Shown here in pieces: positions 28,271 through 42,176 of a stretch of DNA of 64,000 nt. Origin of the DNA: Stegostoma tigrinum (taxonomy: Eukaryota); contig NC_081397.1 of the NCBI RefSeq assembly GCF_030684315.1, positions 11,928,421 to 11,992,420 of the forward strand, read 5' to 3'. The notes under the pieces were generated by a model that had not been told where the DNA came from, searched no databases, and saw nothing but the letters and a program-made list of their open reading frames with translations. The number at the start of each line of letters is the position of its first letter. Positions within the stretch are counted from its first letter, which is position 1. Position numbers and translations under genes: made by a program.

Positions 28271-29050
28271 GGTTATTAATCTGACCCCAACGGTTCCTGC
28301 AATGCAAGTGTGACAGCAGTTATCAATGGGTAGCTGCCAGTTTCTGCAATTTCAATGTCACTGTTATCAATCTCTGAGTTTCTGCTTGGTGACCATGTGT
28401 GCAGTTATCAATAACAGCCTGTCGGCTTCTACTCTGTGAATATGAGAGTAGTTACCAAACTGTACCTGTCAGCTAATGCTTTGTAAAACTGGGAAGGCTG
28501 ACTCCAGTATCTGCAGCTCTTGCTATCTCTAAGGTTATCGTCAATCAGTTCCTATCAATTTCTTACGTATGGATATGTGCATGTCGAGCACCTGTACCTG
28601 TCAGTACCTCATAATTTGCCAGTAAAGTTATCAATGTGTACCTGTGGGAATATACGTTGTGAATATTTGAGTATAGTCATCAAACTGTAACAGTCAGTTT
28701 TTTTTTAATCTGTGGATATGTGATTGCAGTTACAAATCTGTACCTGTCACTTTGTGGTCTATGAAATTGGGAGTTGTCATCAATATGTAGCTGCCAGTTT
28801 CTGCTGTGTGGATATGTGAAAGTAGCTACCGTTCAGTTGCTGTCAGTTTGCTATGTGAATGTGAGTGTTGTTTACGAACGTGTGCATACCAGTTGCTATG
28901 ATGTGAATGTGTGAATATCTTTATTAATCTTTAGCTGTCCGTTTCTGCAATGTCAATGTGAGTCTCGTCATCATTTTTTTTTCATAAGCATTTGCAATAC
29001 AAATGAGTGAGGTTAGGTATCAATCCATACCGGTCATTTTCTACTTGTAA
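28270..29050. repeat. 49-bp tandem repeat array
   Basis: Same monomer (e.g. CTGTACCTGTCAG, AGTTATCAAT). Confidence 0.8.
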
Positions 29051-29391
29051 AACTGGCTTAATTGTCAGCAGCCAGGAATATTATCGGTGGAGGTGTGACT
29101 CATTATGTGATAGTTGCTATGAGAGTAATTTTACGTGGATTTCATTCAGATACTGAGTGTATAATTTCAGTCTATCCATCTTCAAAATGGTGTAAAAGTC
29201 AATGGGTGATGAATTCTGAAATTTGTTGGAACTGTGCATTTGGAATGGAGAGACAAGAAAAATAAAGTTTCATTTCCTCAACGTTGTTTTACTGTTTGTT
29301 TGAACATAACTGTTGGAAATTAAGCTCACTGTGTGTCTGACTCAATCTGCTCTGTGACTGTGGAAAGGATGTTCTGACAGTGGGAACATAC

Positions 29392-29499
29392 CTGCTGTTT
29401 GTCAGAAGGATCTGGTCACACTTGCCATTGTACTGAAGAAATCTTACTTTGTCTTGGTCCTTCAAGTGTTTTTCTGCAGGAAAACAGAAGAGATAGTTC
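29392..29499 (-). other. 108-nt exon-like block, copy B (acceptor mutated)
   Basis: Donor CAG|GTATGT intact; acceptor AG changed to AT; frame open (NYLFCFPAEKHLKDQDK...LLTNS). Confidence 0.45.
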
Positions 29500-29904
29500 A
29501 TGTAAACCAGCATCAGTTGGGTTTGACAATGTTTAACTGATCAACACAACATTTAGTTAATAATCATTTGGATATTTTAATATCACTAGGAATTCTGACA
29601 TAACTATGGGTCTTGGTCCAATCTAGCCCTGAGCTGCTCCTTGTTTGATCATTTCTAAAAACTTCAACACCATTTGAATGAGGTCCTCAAAGTAAATGAT
29701 ACCTGTACAGCTCCATGACTGGAACTCCCCAGTGGAAGCTTGTCAGTGGATATGAGTTTAGTTATTGATCTATTCATGTTGGTTCCTACTTAGTGAATGT
29801 GTGACTGTAGTTATCAATGTGTCCCTCTAAGTCTTTGGTAATTACTCATGAATTACACAGCAGAGAATGGCAGGGACAGAATGATAAGGAACTATTGATC
29901 AATT

Positions 29905-31085
29905 TAAATTATACAGCACAGAAGGTGGCCATTGAGCTCATCATCTCCATGCTGACCCAAACACCCCAAAATGGCCATCATAATCCGATCTTCTTGCATA
30001 CATCCCATAGCCCTGCAGCTTACAGAGTTAATGTGGAGGTCCAGGTATGTTCTTACAAGAGTTGAGAATCTCTGCTATCAGCAACTCAGGTAGCATATTT
30101 GAGATAAGCACCCTCTCATAAAAATGGTTTTTCTCCCATCATTTCTCATCCTCTTGCCACTTCACTTAATCAACTCCCGATGGTTTTAAACTCTATGCCA
30201 AGGGAAACAGATTCCCCCTGTTGATTCTATCTCTGCCCATCCCAATTGCCTCAAACATGGCACTCCCAGCTTTCACTGTTCAAAATAATACAGCTTCAAC
30301 CTCTACAATTATTCCTCATAGCTACAACTCTCCAGCCCTGGCAACATTCCAGTAAATCTTCTCTGTAATATATCCAGAGCAATAACATCTTGCTGTAATG
30401 TGGTGACCATAGCAGTGCACAATACATCAGTTCCAGCCTCACCAGTGTCTTCTATAGTTTCATCGTTCTGGCCCTACTTGCGTGCTTCATACCTCTGTCA
30501 AAGAAGGACAGCATTCTATATACCTAGTTTAACAACCTTATCCACCTGTACTGCTATTGTCACACTCCAGTACACTTGCACACCAAGACCACTCACTTTA
30601 TCTACAATTTCCACACCACCTCATGTATTCCCATTTCATGTCCTTTCACCTCTTGAAATGCATTACCTCACATTTATCAGAGTTGAACTCCATGTGCTAC
30701 TCATCTGCCCCTTCCACCAAACCTTCTCTATCATTTTGGAGCCGACAGTTATCCTCTGCACTACCAGTACTCTGATAAATTTTTGTGTTGGCTGAAAATT
30801 TCCCAATCGTAACCCACACGTTCAAGTCCAAGTTGTTACCATATAAAACAAACAGCAGCGGTCCCAACACTGAGCTGTGCGAAACACCACTTGAAACAGC
30901 TTTCCATTTACAAGGGCAGCCATTGACCATTTGATTCCTGTTGCTGAGCCAACTTTGCTTCCAATTTAACACATTGCTCTGTATCCCATGAGCCTGTCTA
31001 TTTCTGATTCATCTGCTGCATGGTACTTTATCAAATGTCTTACTAAAATCCATGTAGTTAACATGCATTACACTACCCTCACATT
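29905..31085 (-). mobile_element. Degenerate CR1 LINE
   Basis: [14 protein letters not shown]...KFSANTK in ORF 30697..30972. Confidence 0.8.
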
Positions 31086-31089
31086 CACG

Positions 31090-31710
31090 TGGCAGTCACT
31101 GACAGGTATCGATTGACAACTAAAATCACACATCCACATTGTGAAAACTGGCAGGGACTGATTGAAAAATACAACTGCATCTTCAGACAGCAATCAGTAT
31201 CTGTTTCTGTTATTTAGATGTGAGTTTTCTTATTAATCTGTTGATAATGATGTGTGAACATGCAACGTGAACATTTGGGTGCAAATTTCAATCCGTACCT
31301 GTCCACGTCTGCTCTGGGAACCTGAGAATGTAGTTATTCATCTGCAACTATCAGTTTCTGTGATGTGAATATATAAATGTAGTTATGAATTTATAACTCA
31401 GTTTCCTCTACGCGAATACGAGAATACAGTTATCTATTTCTACCGATCATTCTTGGCTATGTGCATATACGGACATTGTGATCAATCTGTCCCTGTCATT
31501 ACCTGCTGTGTGAATGTTGAAGTGCAATTGAAAACCTTTTCCACTCAGTTTCTGTGATGTGAATATGGAAATATAATTATTATTTCCCCCTGTCAGATTC
31601 CGCTCTGTGAATACAAGTGCCTCGTTATGCCACATGAGGCTTGGGAGTGTTACTGCAAGTTTCTTCCGATCGGTTTCTGCTTTGTGAATTTGAGGGTAGT
31701 AATATTGTCA
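31090..31710. repeat. 49-bp repeat array (first ~100 bp inverted)
   Basis: Reverse monomers CTGACAGGTA...ATTGACAACTA, then forward monomers. Confidence 0.7.
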
Positions 31711-34189
31711 AAGAGTCATACAGCTGCGAAACAGACCTTTGGTCCAACAGTCCCTGATGACCACAGGCATCAATTTCATTCCTTTCCTTTCAGCATCTGT
31801 TTGTTGTATGAGAGAGAGTTTTCTGATGAGCTGCCAATCTGAATTAAAGATAGGTATTGGTCTAAGTCACACTGTCCTTTAAATGTCTGTTTGTGTTTCT
31901 AGCTCGGCATGTATGATCTGATACCCTTGGTGAGGTGTATTATAAAATCATCATAGCACTAACTTATAACACATTAATCATAAAGAGAGTGCGAGAATTC
32001 TCTGAAATAGTCAGTCTCCCACTGAGATTGCAAGTGTGGTTATTGTTAGTTTCATCAGCATCGGGCTGACGTTCACCATGGGATCAATTCAGTCTCTGGC
32101 ATTGTGTGTCAATGTGTTCCTCATGCTTTGTCATCATATTTCACACGGACACCGAATGGGTAATGTTGTGGGTAATGTTCAAATGGGTAATGTTGCATTG
32201 AACATGTTACTTGTAGGAACTGCTGACATCCTTCTGTTGTTCAAATCTCTGCTGCTCAACATGAATGAGATTTTACCCAATGCCCTATGAATCAGATCAT
32301 GTAAATGAAACTGTTTTAATACCTTTGTCAGTCTCTGACTCTGTAGATGCAGTTTGGTTAATGTCCACAAATATTGAGTCTCTGTACAGGTTATGATAGT
32401 AAGTTTGGTTCTGGATTGGGCAGTCACTCATCTGACTGTGTATTTCAAATTTATTCCTCCTGTAACAAGATCATTATGTGAGCGTTTCTTCAATCCATTG
32501 CCAATAATCTCCAGTTATCTGTTTGCATCTGTATCTGTTCACGACCCTATTTGCTTTCTTCTTTGGTCCATTTAATAACACCTTTATGCAGTACTTGTGT
32601 ACGAGATGAGAGCTGCTTTTTAATTTGTACCTCTTTGGAGGCAAATTACATTGTAATGTTTATTTCATTTTAGACTTGGCCTACTATAGTTCAGTTCCAA
32701 CAAAGGAAATTGATACATTAGTTACATGTCCAAATCTAAGACATGGTGCGATATTTGGAGGCATATTTAATCTGGCTTTCAATTTACTTCTTGAGCTGTT
32801 TCAGTAGAATTCATCATTGATCATGCAATAGCTTCAGTATTTTCTAATGTAGTGAACATGACTAATTTACTTTATGCCAAGCTGATACCTCATACTTAAT
32901 CCTAAAGGAGAGCATTCACATACCGGGATTGAAGTACTTCACTCTTACCCTGTCCTATGAATGCTGAATGAAAGAGGAGCTCTCCCACCCAGGTGATATT
33001 TAAGAGAAATGGCATTTTCTTTTGTTTTCGCCTGGGTATCTACTAACCTGGCAGCATCTCCGTGCTTTGTAAGTTATTCTGTACCCACCGTGCATTGGCA
33101 CAGGAGCTGCTGTTATGAAACAAGACAGACAGATACACTCAATTGATCCTATTTCCATCTTCCTGTATTGCGTTACTGAGCAGATTAAGTATTTCTTGGA
33201 AAGTGGGCAGCCAATTACCACCATGGCAGAGGACAGAGTTTTCAGTTCATCTCTCCTTTCGCATATGGGAAACAGCCTATGTTCTTCAGTTGTTTGTGCC
33301 TACAACATTTATAAGCAAGTGAAAATGCAAGACATTGCAACTGAAATGCGTCTGTGCTTTTCCTCAAGAGTTGAGGACAGAAAATAAATGGATCTTTGTA
33401 AAGGATACATTGCAGAGACTAATCGCTGTGGTGATATCAAAGGATATTTTCAGGATGATATTAATATCATTCAACATTGCATAGTGGCACAAGTCTTGGA
33501 ATGCTGCTAAACTAAAGATGTTAATTTCGTATGTTATTGCCAAAGATGAAGTGCAATGAACAAATGAACTGCATTGCGGCTGACTGACCACAATGTTGCT
33601 TGTGCAGGAAAGAAAATTAGCTTTCTCACTTCGATTTTGTTTTATGGCGCAGACATTAACATGCTCGGTGTTGAACTTTTGTTTTCTGTCATGTAGTGGG
33701 TAAAACTGGGGCCGTCAAACTGAATTTACTGAAGAATAAACACTGTTGAACCCTCTTTGCAAAATATAAATGAGGACGGTTATGTAGTTATATTGCTTGT
33801 TTGAAAAAAATGGCATGAAGCGTCCTTGTGTTTGATGTAAAAATTCAGATGGAATGTCAAGAGGAACACAGGGCTATTTGAACAAAATTTAAGCTAATTT
33901 GAAAACAAAAGGTCTATGATTATAAAGTCCTCTTGCTTAAGATAGAATAAAAGATATTCTAATCATGCTAGGTGAAGCAATTGACAACTGATAAAGGTGA
34001 GGATGATACTTCATCTGCCAACATGACACATTTATGGAATTTGAATACTGGCTGAATTGATGTAGAATTGTCGGCTGGTTGTTTCTAAACAGTGCAGGTT
34101 CAATGAGAGAAAGGTCTGTTTGCTGTGCTGCAGACATCTATGAATATATGGGTGTGAGTGATAAGCATTGATCCGTACTTGTTGGTAGC

Positions 34190-34680
34190 TGTCACGTGAA
34201 GATATAAGCGTAACCATCCAACTGTCCCTCTCAGTTTCTGCTGTGAAATATGAGAGTTTAGTTATCAATCTATATCCATCAATTCCTCTCTCATGAATGC
34301 AAAAGTGTTACAAATATGTCCTAGTCAAAATCTTCTGTGAATATGCAAATGTTGTTATCAATCTACATATGCTTATGCTTTTGCTTTCCTGTCATGTGTG
34401 GATGTATTTATCAGCCTGTACCTGTCAGTTTTTGCAGTCTGAATGTGTGTGTAATTATCTTACTGTCCCTGTCACTTTCTGATGTGTGAATGAGTGTACT
34501 GTTATCAATATGTGCCTGTCAGTTTCTTCTCTATGGCTGTGCAAGTGTATTTACCCATTTGGCCCTGTCAAATCCTGTCCTGTAAATCTGACAGATGAGT
34601 TATTAGGCTATGCCTGAAGCTATCTGGTTTGTGAATGTGTGAATGCATTTATCATTCTCTCCCTGTATAATTTCTAGGGT
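34190..34680. repeat. 49-bp tandem repeat array
   Basis: Same monomer. Confidence 0.75.
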
Positions 34681-35129
34681 CGGGTTTATGTCTTATTCCG
34701 GCTTGGTCTGTCTCTGGTCTGGACACATTTAGAGTTTAATGTTCATTTCTTGTTGCAAGCTCACTGTATGAGACATTATTAATTGTATAGTCAACAATCT
34801 AGGTTATCTGCCTGAATGTAGGTTTTTTTTGTATCATTTCAGGTCAATATTTGATTTCCTTCTGGTCTATTTAAATAGCAAAGTTTATATACAGTAGAAG
34901 TGTTTCAGATGGTTTTCACTATTCAGTTTGTAGTTTTATGCAAACAAATGCAATGTCAATGTCAATTTCAATCTGAAACCTGTCCTGATGTGCAATTTCT
35001 CCAGTTTGTAGAAAAGGAAATGACACATTAATTACCTCTAAGTCGATGAGATGGTAACACGTAGAGAGGTGAAATTAATCTCTTGCTCAATATATTTCTT
35101 GGACTACTTCTTGGGAATTCAGTGTGTCA

Positions 35130-35950
35130 AAGAACAAAAAAAAAATTCCAGCAAAGGAACAGGCCCTTTGGCCCTCCAAGCCTGCGCCGATCCATATCCT
35201 CTGCCGAAACCTGTCGCCTATATTCCAAGGATCTGTATCCCTCTGCTCCCTGTCCAGTCTTGTGTCTGTCTCGATACATCTTAAAGTGACACTATCACGC
35301 ACATCTCTACCACCTCCGCTGGCAAAGTTTTCCAGGCACCCACCGCCCTCGGTGTAAAGAATTTTCCATGCATATCATCCTTATACTTGTCCCCCCTCAC
35401 CTTGAAATCATTACCCCTAGTCATCGAGTTCCACACTCGAGGAAAAAGCTTCTTGCTATCCACCCTGTTGTTGCAACTCATGACTCTGTCGGCCTCAATC
35501 AAGTCCCCACTCAACCTCCATCTTTCTAATGTAAATAATCCTCATGTACTCAAACTCTATTCAGAGCTAGCACCCTCCATACCAGGCAACATCTTTGTTA
35601 ACTTCCTCTGCAACCTTCTCCAAAGCATCAAGATCCTTTTGGTAATGTGGCGACCTGAACTGTATACAGGATTCTAAGTGTGTACAAACCAAAGTCCAAT
35701 ACAACTGTAACATGACCTGCCAACTCTTGCACTAAACGACCCATCTGATGAAGCAAAGAATGCAACATGTCTTCTTGGCCATTCTATCGAACTGTGTTGC
35801 CATCTTCGGGTACAATGGACCTGAACACCCAGATCTCTGAGCATCAATTTTTGCCAGGGCTTGTCCATTTTCCGTATAGTTCACTTTTGAATTGGATCTT
35901 CCAAAATGCATCACCTCGCATTTGCCTGAACTGAACTCCACAAAATTTGT
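35130..35950 (-). mobile_element. CR1 LINE 3' fragment
   Basis: KCEVMHFGRSN, GDLIEADRVM, FFTPRAVGAW. Confidence 0.88.
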
Positions 35951-36790
35951 CCAATTTTTTTTCCCCCCCATATAATGAATGAGTGATATTCACATTATGA
36001 ACACGGGAGTGCATGTGCACATGAGGATTGAAGTATTTAGCTCACATTCTGTTCTATTTGTCTCTTATCATGAAAGGCTACCTCTCTGACCTGAAATCCG
36101 TGAGTGGAAGTCATCTTCAATATTACACATTCTGAGGTTTGCAATATACATGATCTTCATGGCTGTTAGATGGTGTAACACATGTGATGGGGATAGTGTA
36201 TATATTTACAACTCAGTGGAGTGCGTGTGTGCCAGAAAGTGTGCACACACACTCTGCTGGCATTCTACGTTAGGCTTTGGGACAGGATGTGCATTTTGAA
36301 GGCACATTATTTAATTGTTCTGGCTGTGCCTGGGACATCTATTTGACAAAAGATTAATGCTGTCCTGCTCGGTTACTGATAATAATGTCAATGTTTTCCT
36401 CCATATCTGTCCTCATTATCTGCTAGATGTATGGTTGGTGTAACTATGTAGCAGCATGAACTATTTCTTCACCTTGACAGTAACTTTGAAAACATAGTTA
36501 CTAAATGCAGATTTACTGCAGTTCTTTTGTGTCTATTTCAGATGAAAATTCAGTCTATTCATTTTCAAAAATGTTGTAAATGCCAATAGGCTACAAATGA
36601 TGAATTTTTTTGAAATGGGGTGGTGTGTGTTGAGAAAACAGAGGGAGAGAAAGAACTATTTGTATTTTGTTGGTTGTGTTTGACTGTTGTCTTGAAAGCA
36701 TGTCACCAGAAATTGAGTTTAATGTATCTCTGACTCAATTTGCTCTGTGCCTGTGGAAAGGATGTTCTCTGCTCGGACATGGTAACATAC

Positions 36791-36898
36791 CTGTTGTTTG
36801 TTAGAAGCAGCTGGTCACCCTTAGCTTTGTATTGGCCAAGTATTACATTGTCTTGTTCCTGCAAGTATTTTCCTGGGGGAAGACAGAAGAGTTTACTC
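36791..36898 (-). other. 108-nt putative exon 2, copy A (intact splice sites)
   Basis: Acceptor GTTGATTTACAG|G and donor CAG|GTATGT; the only open frame is the one set by a spliced AT|G. Confidence 0.55.
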
Positions 36899-37639
36899 CT
36901 GTAAATCAACATCAACTAAGTTTTACAATGTCAAAAAGATTAATGTAATATTCAGTTAGTAATTATTAGGATGATTCTTTTCTTTAACTTCTTCTGATGA
37001 AGACCAGTGCTCCAAAAGCCTATCATTTTAAAATAACCTGTCGGATGATGACAGCGTCATGAGACTTCTGCCTTTACTTTAAAGTCATCAATTCAAACAC
37101 AGCTCTGATTCCATTTTAACCTTGAGCTGCTCCTTGTCTAAGGATAATTTCTGTTTTAAATATATATGCTTCGATACCAATTGAGTAAAATCCAGAAGTG
37201 GAACGATAATTGGACAGCTCTACGTAAGGTGCTACCCAAAGCCACTGCGATGTCTGCGCCGTTACCAAATCCCAAAGCACTAACTGTAGAATACATTGAC
37301 TCTGATCAATGTCCGTTACAGGGTTCTTATACTTCCATAGTCTTATCTGTGTTTCGACTTAGACTGCACAATGTTAACAAACAGCATGAAACAGAAGCCA
37401 AACAATGAATTTCCAGTAGTGTTTAGAAGACTAAAAGCTACAAGACTGACCCCCAGCAGCAGCTTCTTGCCGCTGTGTCTCCCTCAGCAGGCCCACACAC
37501 AGCCCGAGAAAGGCCTCTCTCTTCAAGTTCCGGGACCAGTTCCTGCTCCGCTCGGCCTCTTACCTACAGCCCCCGGTTCTCCCTGAACTGAGCCCGAATC
37601 AATGCCGGTCTCGGAGCCCCCTCTGTGTCCCAGACTCAC

Positions 37640-37850
37640 ATCTCGATGCGCTGCTGGAAGGAGCCTGCTGTTCCCTCGCTTCCCTGGGCGCTGGTCTCTC
37701 CATTGCGGCCTGTTTCAAACAAACCTCTTCTACTCACTGAGTCAATGCTCCTCAATGGCAGCGCTGGGGGAAGGCCTTACGCATGCGCTCCTCTAAACAA
37801 ACAAATGCTCTTTTTCGAGTGGGTGGGGGAAATCGCGCATGCGCTACTTT
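37640..37850 (-). promoter_or_regulatory. CpG-rich promoter and putative first exon, copy 1
   Basis: NRF1-type ACGCATGCGC (37779-37788) and GCGCATGCGC (37835-37844), TGAGTCA (37738-37744), donor GAT|GTGAGT at 37640/37639. Confidence 0.55.
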
Positions 37851-38179
37851 TCCGAATAATTCCCAGAAACAAATATCAATTGATCATTTCCCCGATTCAC
37901 TTTTCTCCCAGTTTCAGCAAAGCAACTGAGGGCTGTGGGGGAAAGAGCAGAGAACGTTTGTATGTAATGACTTTTCTTTCCCACGATTCAATTCCAATTC
38001 GCAAAAACAAGAGCGTGAAACAGAAGCTGAACGATGAACTTCGATCGTTTCCCGGAACATGTCAGTAACTGCCTCCCTGCGGCTCTCTCACAATCTGATG
38101 GGCAAGTGGAGTAGCTGCCGGCCATTCGACCCTTTAGATGTGCTCCCTAATTCAAAACATCACGTCTAATCTTATGACA

Positions 38180-39960
38180 ACACAGTGTCGAGCTGGATGA
38201 ATACAGCAGGCAAAGCAGCATCTGAGGAGCACAAAAGCTGACGTTTCGGGCCTAGACCCTTCATTAGAAAAGGGGGATGGGCAGAGGATTCTGAAATAAA
38301 TGGGAAGAGAGGGGAGGTGGACTGATGATGGACAGAGGAGAAGATAGGTGGAGAGGAGAGTATGGATGGGGAGTTAGGGAGGGGATCGGTCAGCCCGGGG
38401 AGGACAGATAGGTCAAGGGGGCAAGATGAGGTTAGCAGAGTGGAAATGGAGGTGCGGCTTGAGGTGGGAGGAGGGGATAGGTGAGAGGAAGAACAGGTTA
38501 GGCAGGCTGGGACGAGCTGGGCTGGTTTTGGGACGCAGTGTGTGGAGGAGAGATTTTAAAGCTGGTGAAATCCACATTGATCCCATTGGGCTGCAGGGTT
38601 CCCTAGCGGAATACGAGTTGTTTTTCCTGCAAACTAAGGGTACTGCAGGACGCCCAGGATGGAAATGTCGTCTGAGGAATGGGCCCAAGCTACGCCTGTC
38701 TCTTTGTAGGTAATGTGGAACAGTCCCTCTTCCGCACCTACACTGGCCCCAAACCCCACCTCTTCCTCAGTTACATTGATGAATGTATTGGTGCTGCCTC
38801 ATGCTCCAAAGAGGAGCTCGAACAGTTCATCCATTTCATCAAAACCTTCCACCCCAACCTCAAGTTCACCTGGACCATCTCTAACACATCCCTCACCCTC
38901 CTGGACCTTTCTGTCGCGATCTCAGGCGACCACCTATAAACCAATACAACAAAATGTGAGGCTGGATGAACACAGCAGGCCAAGCAGCATCTCAGGAGCA
39001 CAAAAGCTGACGTTTTGGGCCTAGACCCTTCATCAGAGAGCTCTCTGCTGAAGGGTCTAGGCCCGAAACGTCAGTTTTTGTGCTCCTGAGATGCTGCTTG
39101 GCCTGCTGTGTTCATCCAGCCTCACATTTTGTTGTCTTGGATTCTCCAGCATCTGCAGTTCCCATTATCTCTGACCTATAAACCAATGCCCATTTCAAGC
39201 CCACCGACTCCCACAGCTACCATGAATACACCTCCTCCCAACCACCTTCCTGCAAAAATTCCATCCCCTATTCCCAATTCCGTCACCGCTGCCGCATCTG
39301 CTCCCAGGATGAGGCATTCCACTCCTGCACAACCCAGATGTCCTCGTTCTTCAAGGGCCGCAACATTCCACCCCACCCTCCCCCGACAGTGGTCAAGAAC
39401 ACCCTCGGCCGTGTCTCCCGCATTTCCTGTACCTCATCCCTCACACCCCACCCTCTCAATAACTGCCCCAATAGAATCCCCCTCGTTCTCACATACCACC
39501 CCACCAACCTCCGGAAACAACACATCATCCTCCGACACTTCTGCCATCTACAATCCGACCCCACCACCAAAGGTATTTTTCCATCCCCACCCTTGCCTGC
39601 CTTCCAGAGAGACCACTCTCTCCGCGACTGCCTCATCCACTCAACACTCCCCTACAACCCCACCACACCCGGCACTTTCCCCTGCAACTGCAAGAAGTGC
39701 TACACCTGCCCCCACACCACCTCCTTCACCCCCATCCCAGGCCCCAAGATGACTTTCCATATCAAGCAGATAGTCACCTGCACATCTGCCAATGTGTTAT
39801 ACTGCATCCGCTGTACATGGTGTGGCCTTCTGTGCATTGGGGAAACCAAGTGGAGGCTTACAGACTGCTTTGCAGAACACCTACACTCGCAGTAAATAAC
39901 CGCACCTCCCAGTTGCGAACCAGTTCAACTCCCCCTCCCATCAATGTGTCCTCAATTTGA
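38180..39960 (+). mobile_element. Penelope-like element (RT C-terminus and GIY-YIG) with inverted 5' piece (38180-38680)
   Basis: MGPSYACLFVG, FLSYIDECIG (YIDD), FHPNLKFT, KPTDSHSY, LCIGETKWRL. Confidence 0.88.
38941..39140. repeat. 200-bp spacerless palindrome of PLE pseudo-LTR inserted with a 14-bp TSD
   Basis: Centre 39040/39041, about 4 mismatches between arms; ACCTATAAACCAAT at 38932-38945 and 39174-39187. Confidence 0.92.
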
Positions 39961-39999
39961 CCCAGGAATGCACTGTATAATATAAGGTTATACACGTTG

Positions 40000-41720
40000 G
40001 TAGCAAAATAAAAGGAAGGCACTTTATTTTCTGGACGTCGATAGTTGGACACAGTGGAATTTGCAATGAGATCTGGGTGTCCTCACAAACCAATCACTGA
40101 AATTAAGCATGTAGGTGTAGCAGACAGTGAGGAAGGTAACTGGTATGTTTTCCTTCATGGAGAGGTAATTAGAGTACAGGAGAAAAGTAGAAATTGTGGC
40201 AATTTAACAGGGTATCTGTGAGACAACATCTCGAATACTGACAGCAGGTGTGGCCTCCTTATCTGAGGAAGGATGGTGTTACTATAAAGGTAGTTTTAGT
40301 GGGCAGATTGCTGGGATGGAAGGAGAGATTGAATTGTTTGTGAACTTCTGTGCTAAAGTTCATAAAAATGAGGGATTTTTGTAAAAACCTGTTAGCCACT
40401 GGCAGACTTAAACAATATAAATGCTGGAAAAATATTCCTGATGGTAGGAATTACATGTTTCGGAAATAGGATAGGACATTTAGGGCTGAGAAAGTGAGAG
40501 CTTTCTTCATTCAGAGAACGGTATGCCTCTGGAATTCTCGACCGCAGAAATCAGCTCCATCCAACACACTATATGATTTCAAAATGTTATTGTGTGCAGC
40601 AATTGTGAAGAAATAGAATCAAGGTATAATTGGCTTAATGGCAATAGAGAGAGAGTGAAAGTGGAGGGCTGTTTTGTTTTCAGTCTGGGGGCCTGTCACC
40701 AGTGGTTTCCACAGGGATTTGTACTGGCTCTGTTTTTGTTTGTCATTTATAAAAATGATGTGGATCAGAATATAGAAGGCATGGTAAGCATGTTTGTGAA
40801 TGCTCGCAAAGTTATTATCATAGTGAATGGAGAAGGTTTTCTGAGATTACAAAGGGATCGTAACCCAATCGGTTGGGCTGCAAAATGGAGTTCAACTGGA
40901 TAACTGTGAGGTGTTGCATTTTGGTGCAACAATCAAGGGTAGGCCCTGTACAATTAATGGGTAGTGTTGTAGAAGAGAAGGACCTAGAATTCTTTTCAGT
41001 CTGCATCACACCTCAACAGGATGGTTAAGAAGGTGTTTGGCACGCTTTCCTTCGCTGCTCAGTCCTTTGTGTTTAGGAGGTGGCATTCACATTGACGTTA
41101 CACAGGGCATTGGGTGAGGCCACTTCTGAAATACTGCCAACAGTTCTGGTCGGCCAGTTAGAGGAAGGACAGGATTAAGGTGGAGACGGTTCAGATTAAG
41201 TTCACCAATATTTCGAGTATGTAAGGTTCGAGTTATAAGGAAAGGATGGATAGGCTGCGAGTCTTTTTTTTCACTCGAGTGTGGCATGTTGAAAGTCAGC
41301 TTATAGAAGTTCATAAAATAATGAGAACTGCAGATGCTGGAGAATCCAAGAAAACAAAGTGTTGAGCTAAATGAACACAGCAGGCCAAGCAGCCTCTGAG
41401 GAGTACAAAAGCTGACATTTCGGGCCTAGACACAATGGTAGCTGTCCTTTGCCTGGGAAGGGGGGAATTGAAGAGCGGCATGAACATTTTTAAACTGACA
41501 GGAGAAAGATCAAAAAAATATACGCGAGGGTTTTATTATCACAGAGCCTGATGCAAGTCGAATGAACTTCCTGACGAAATGGTCGATGTGGCTACAATTA
41601 CAACATTAAAACGGCATTTGGATTAGTACGTGAACATGACAGGTTTGAAAGGAAACAGGCCAGGGTCAGGTGGGTGGAACTAGTTCAGTTCGGCATTAAA
41701 TTCGGCATGTTATGGCTGGA
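40000..41720 (+). mobile_element. Degenerate CR1 fragments with a short PLE-terminus insertion (~41320-41430)
   Basis: LEYxxQVWPPYLRKD-like, FPQGFVLALFLF and FFIQR-like remnants. Confidence 0.65.
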
Positions 41721-42176
41721 CTGAAGGATATGCTGAATGATTCGATATGAGAGAGAAACGGACACAGGCTATTGAGTTGGATGACCTGCCATTTTCATGA
41801 GGACTGGGAGGAGAGGTTTGAAGGGCTGATTTGTTAGTTTCAGTTGCTATTATTTGTGTTTCTCTGCCTGTTTATTCCCAGAAAAATACTGACCTGGGTG
41901 ATCAATGTAACTTCAAACCAGATGATTGGCTCTTGCAGCTGAATCAGGAGAAGAGCGAATCTCCGGCGCTCCGTCCTCAGAGAGTTTAACAGTGACTGAG
42001 GAGAGAGAAAAAAACTACAACGAACTCCCTGGGTATCGGAGCAAAGGCTGAAAGGAAAATAAATTATATCCGCCCACATTTATATTTCGCGATATTTCTA
42101 GCCTGCGACTGTATGGATGTGAATATTGTGCCAGAGAGACTGTAGGTAAAGGGCGGTCGGGAGAGTTTAACGTAAC

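Noticed and set aside
31800-32800. AT-rich stretch with short ORFs
   Set aside because: At best a very decayed minus-strand retroelement (VLLNGPK, ETDKG remnants); too weak to call.
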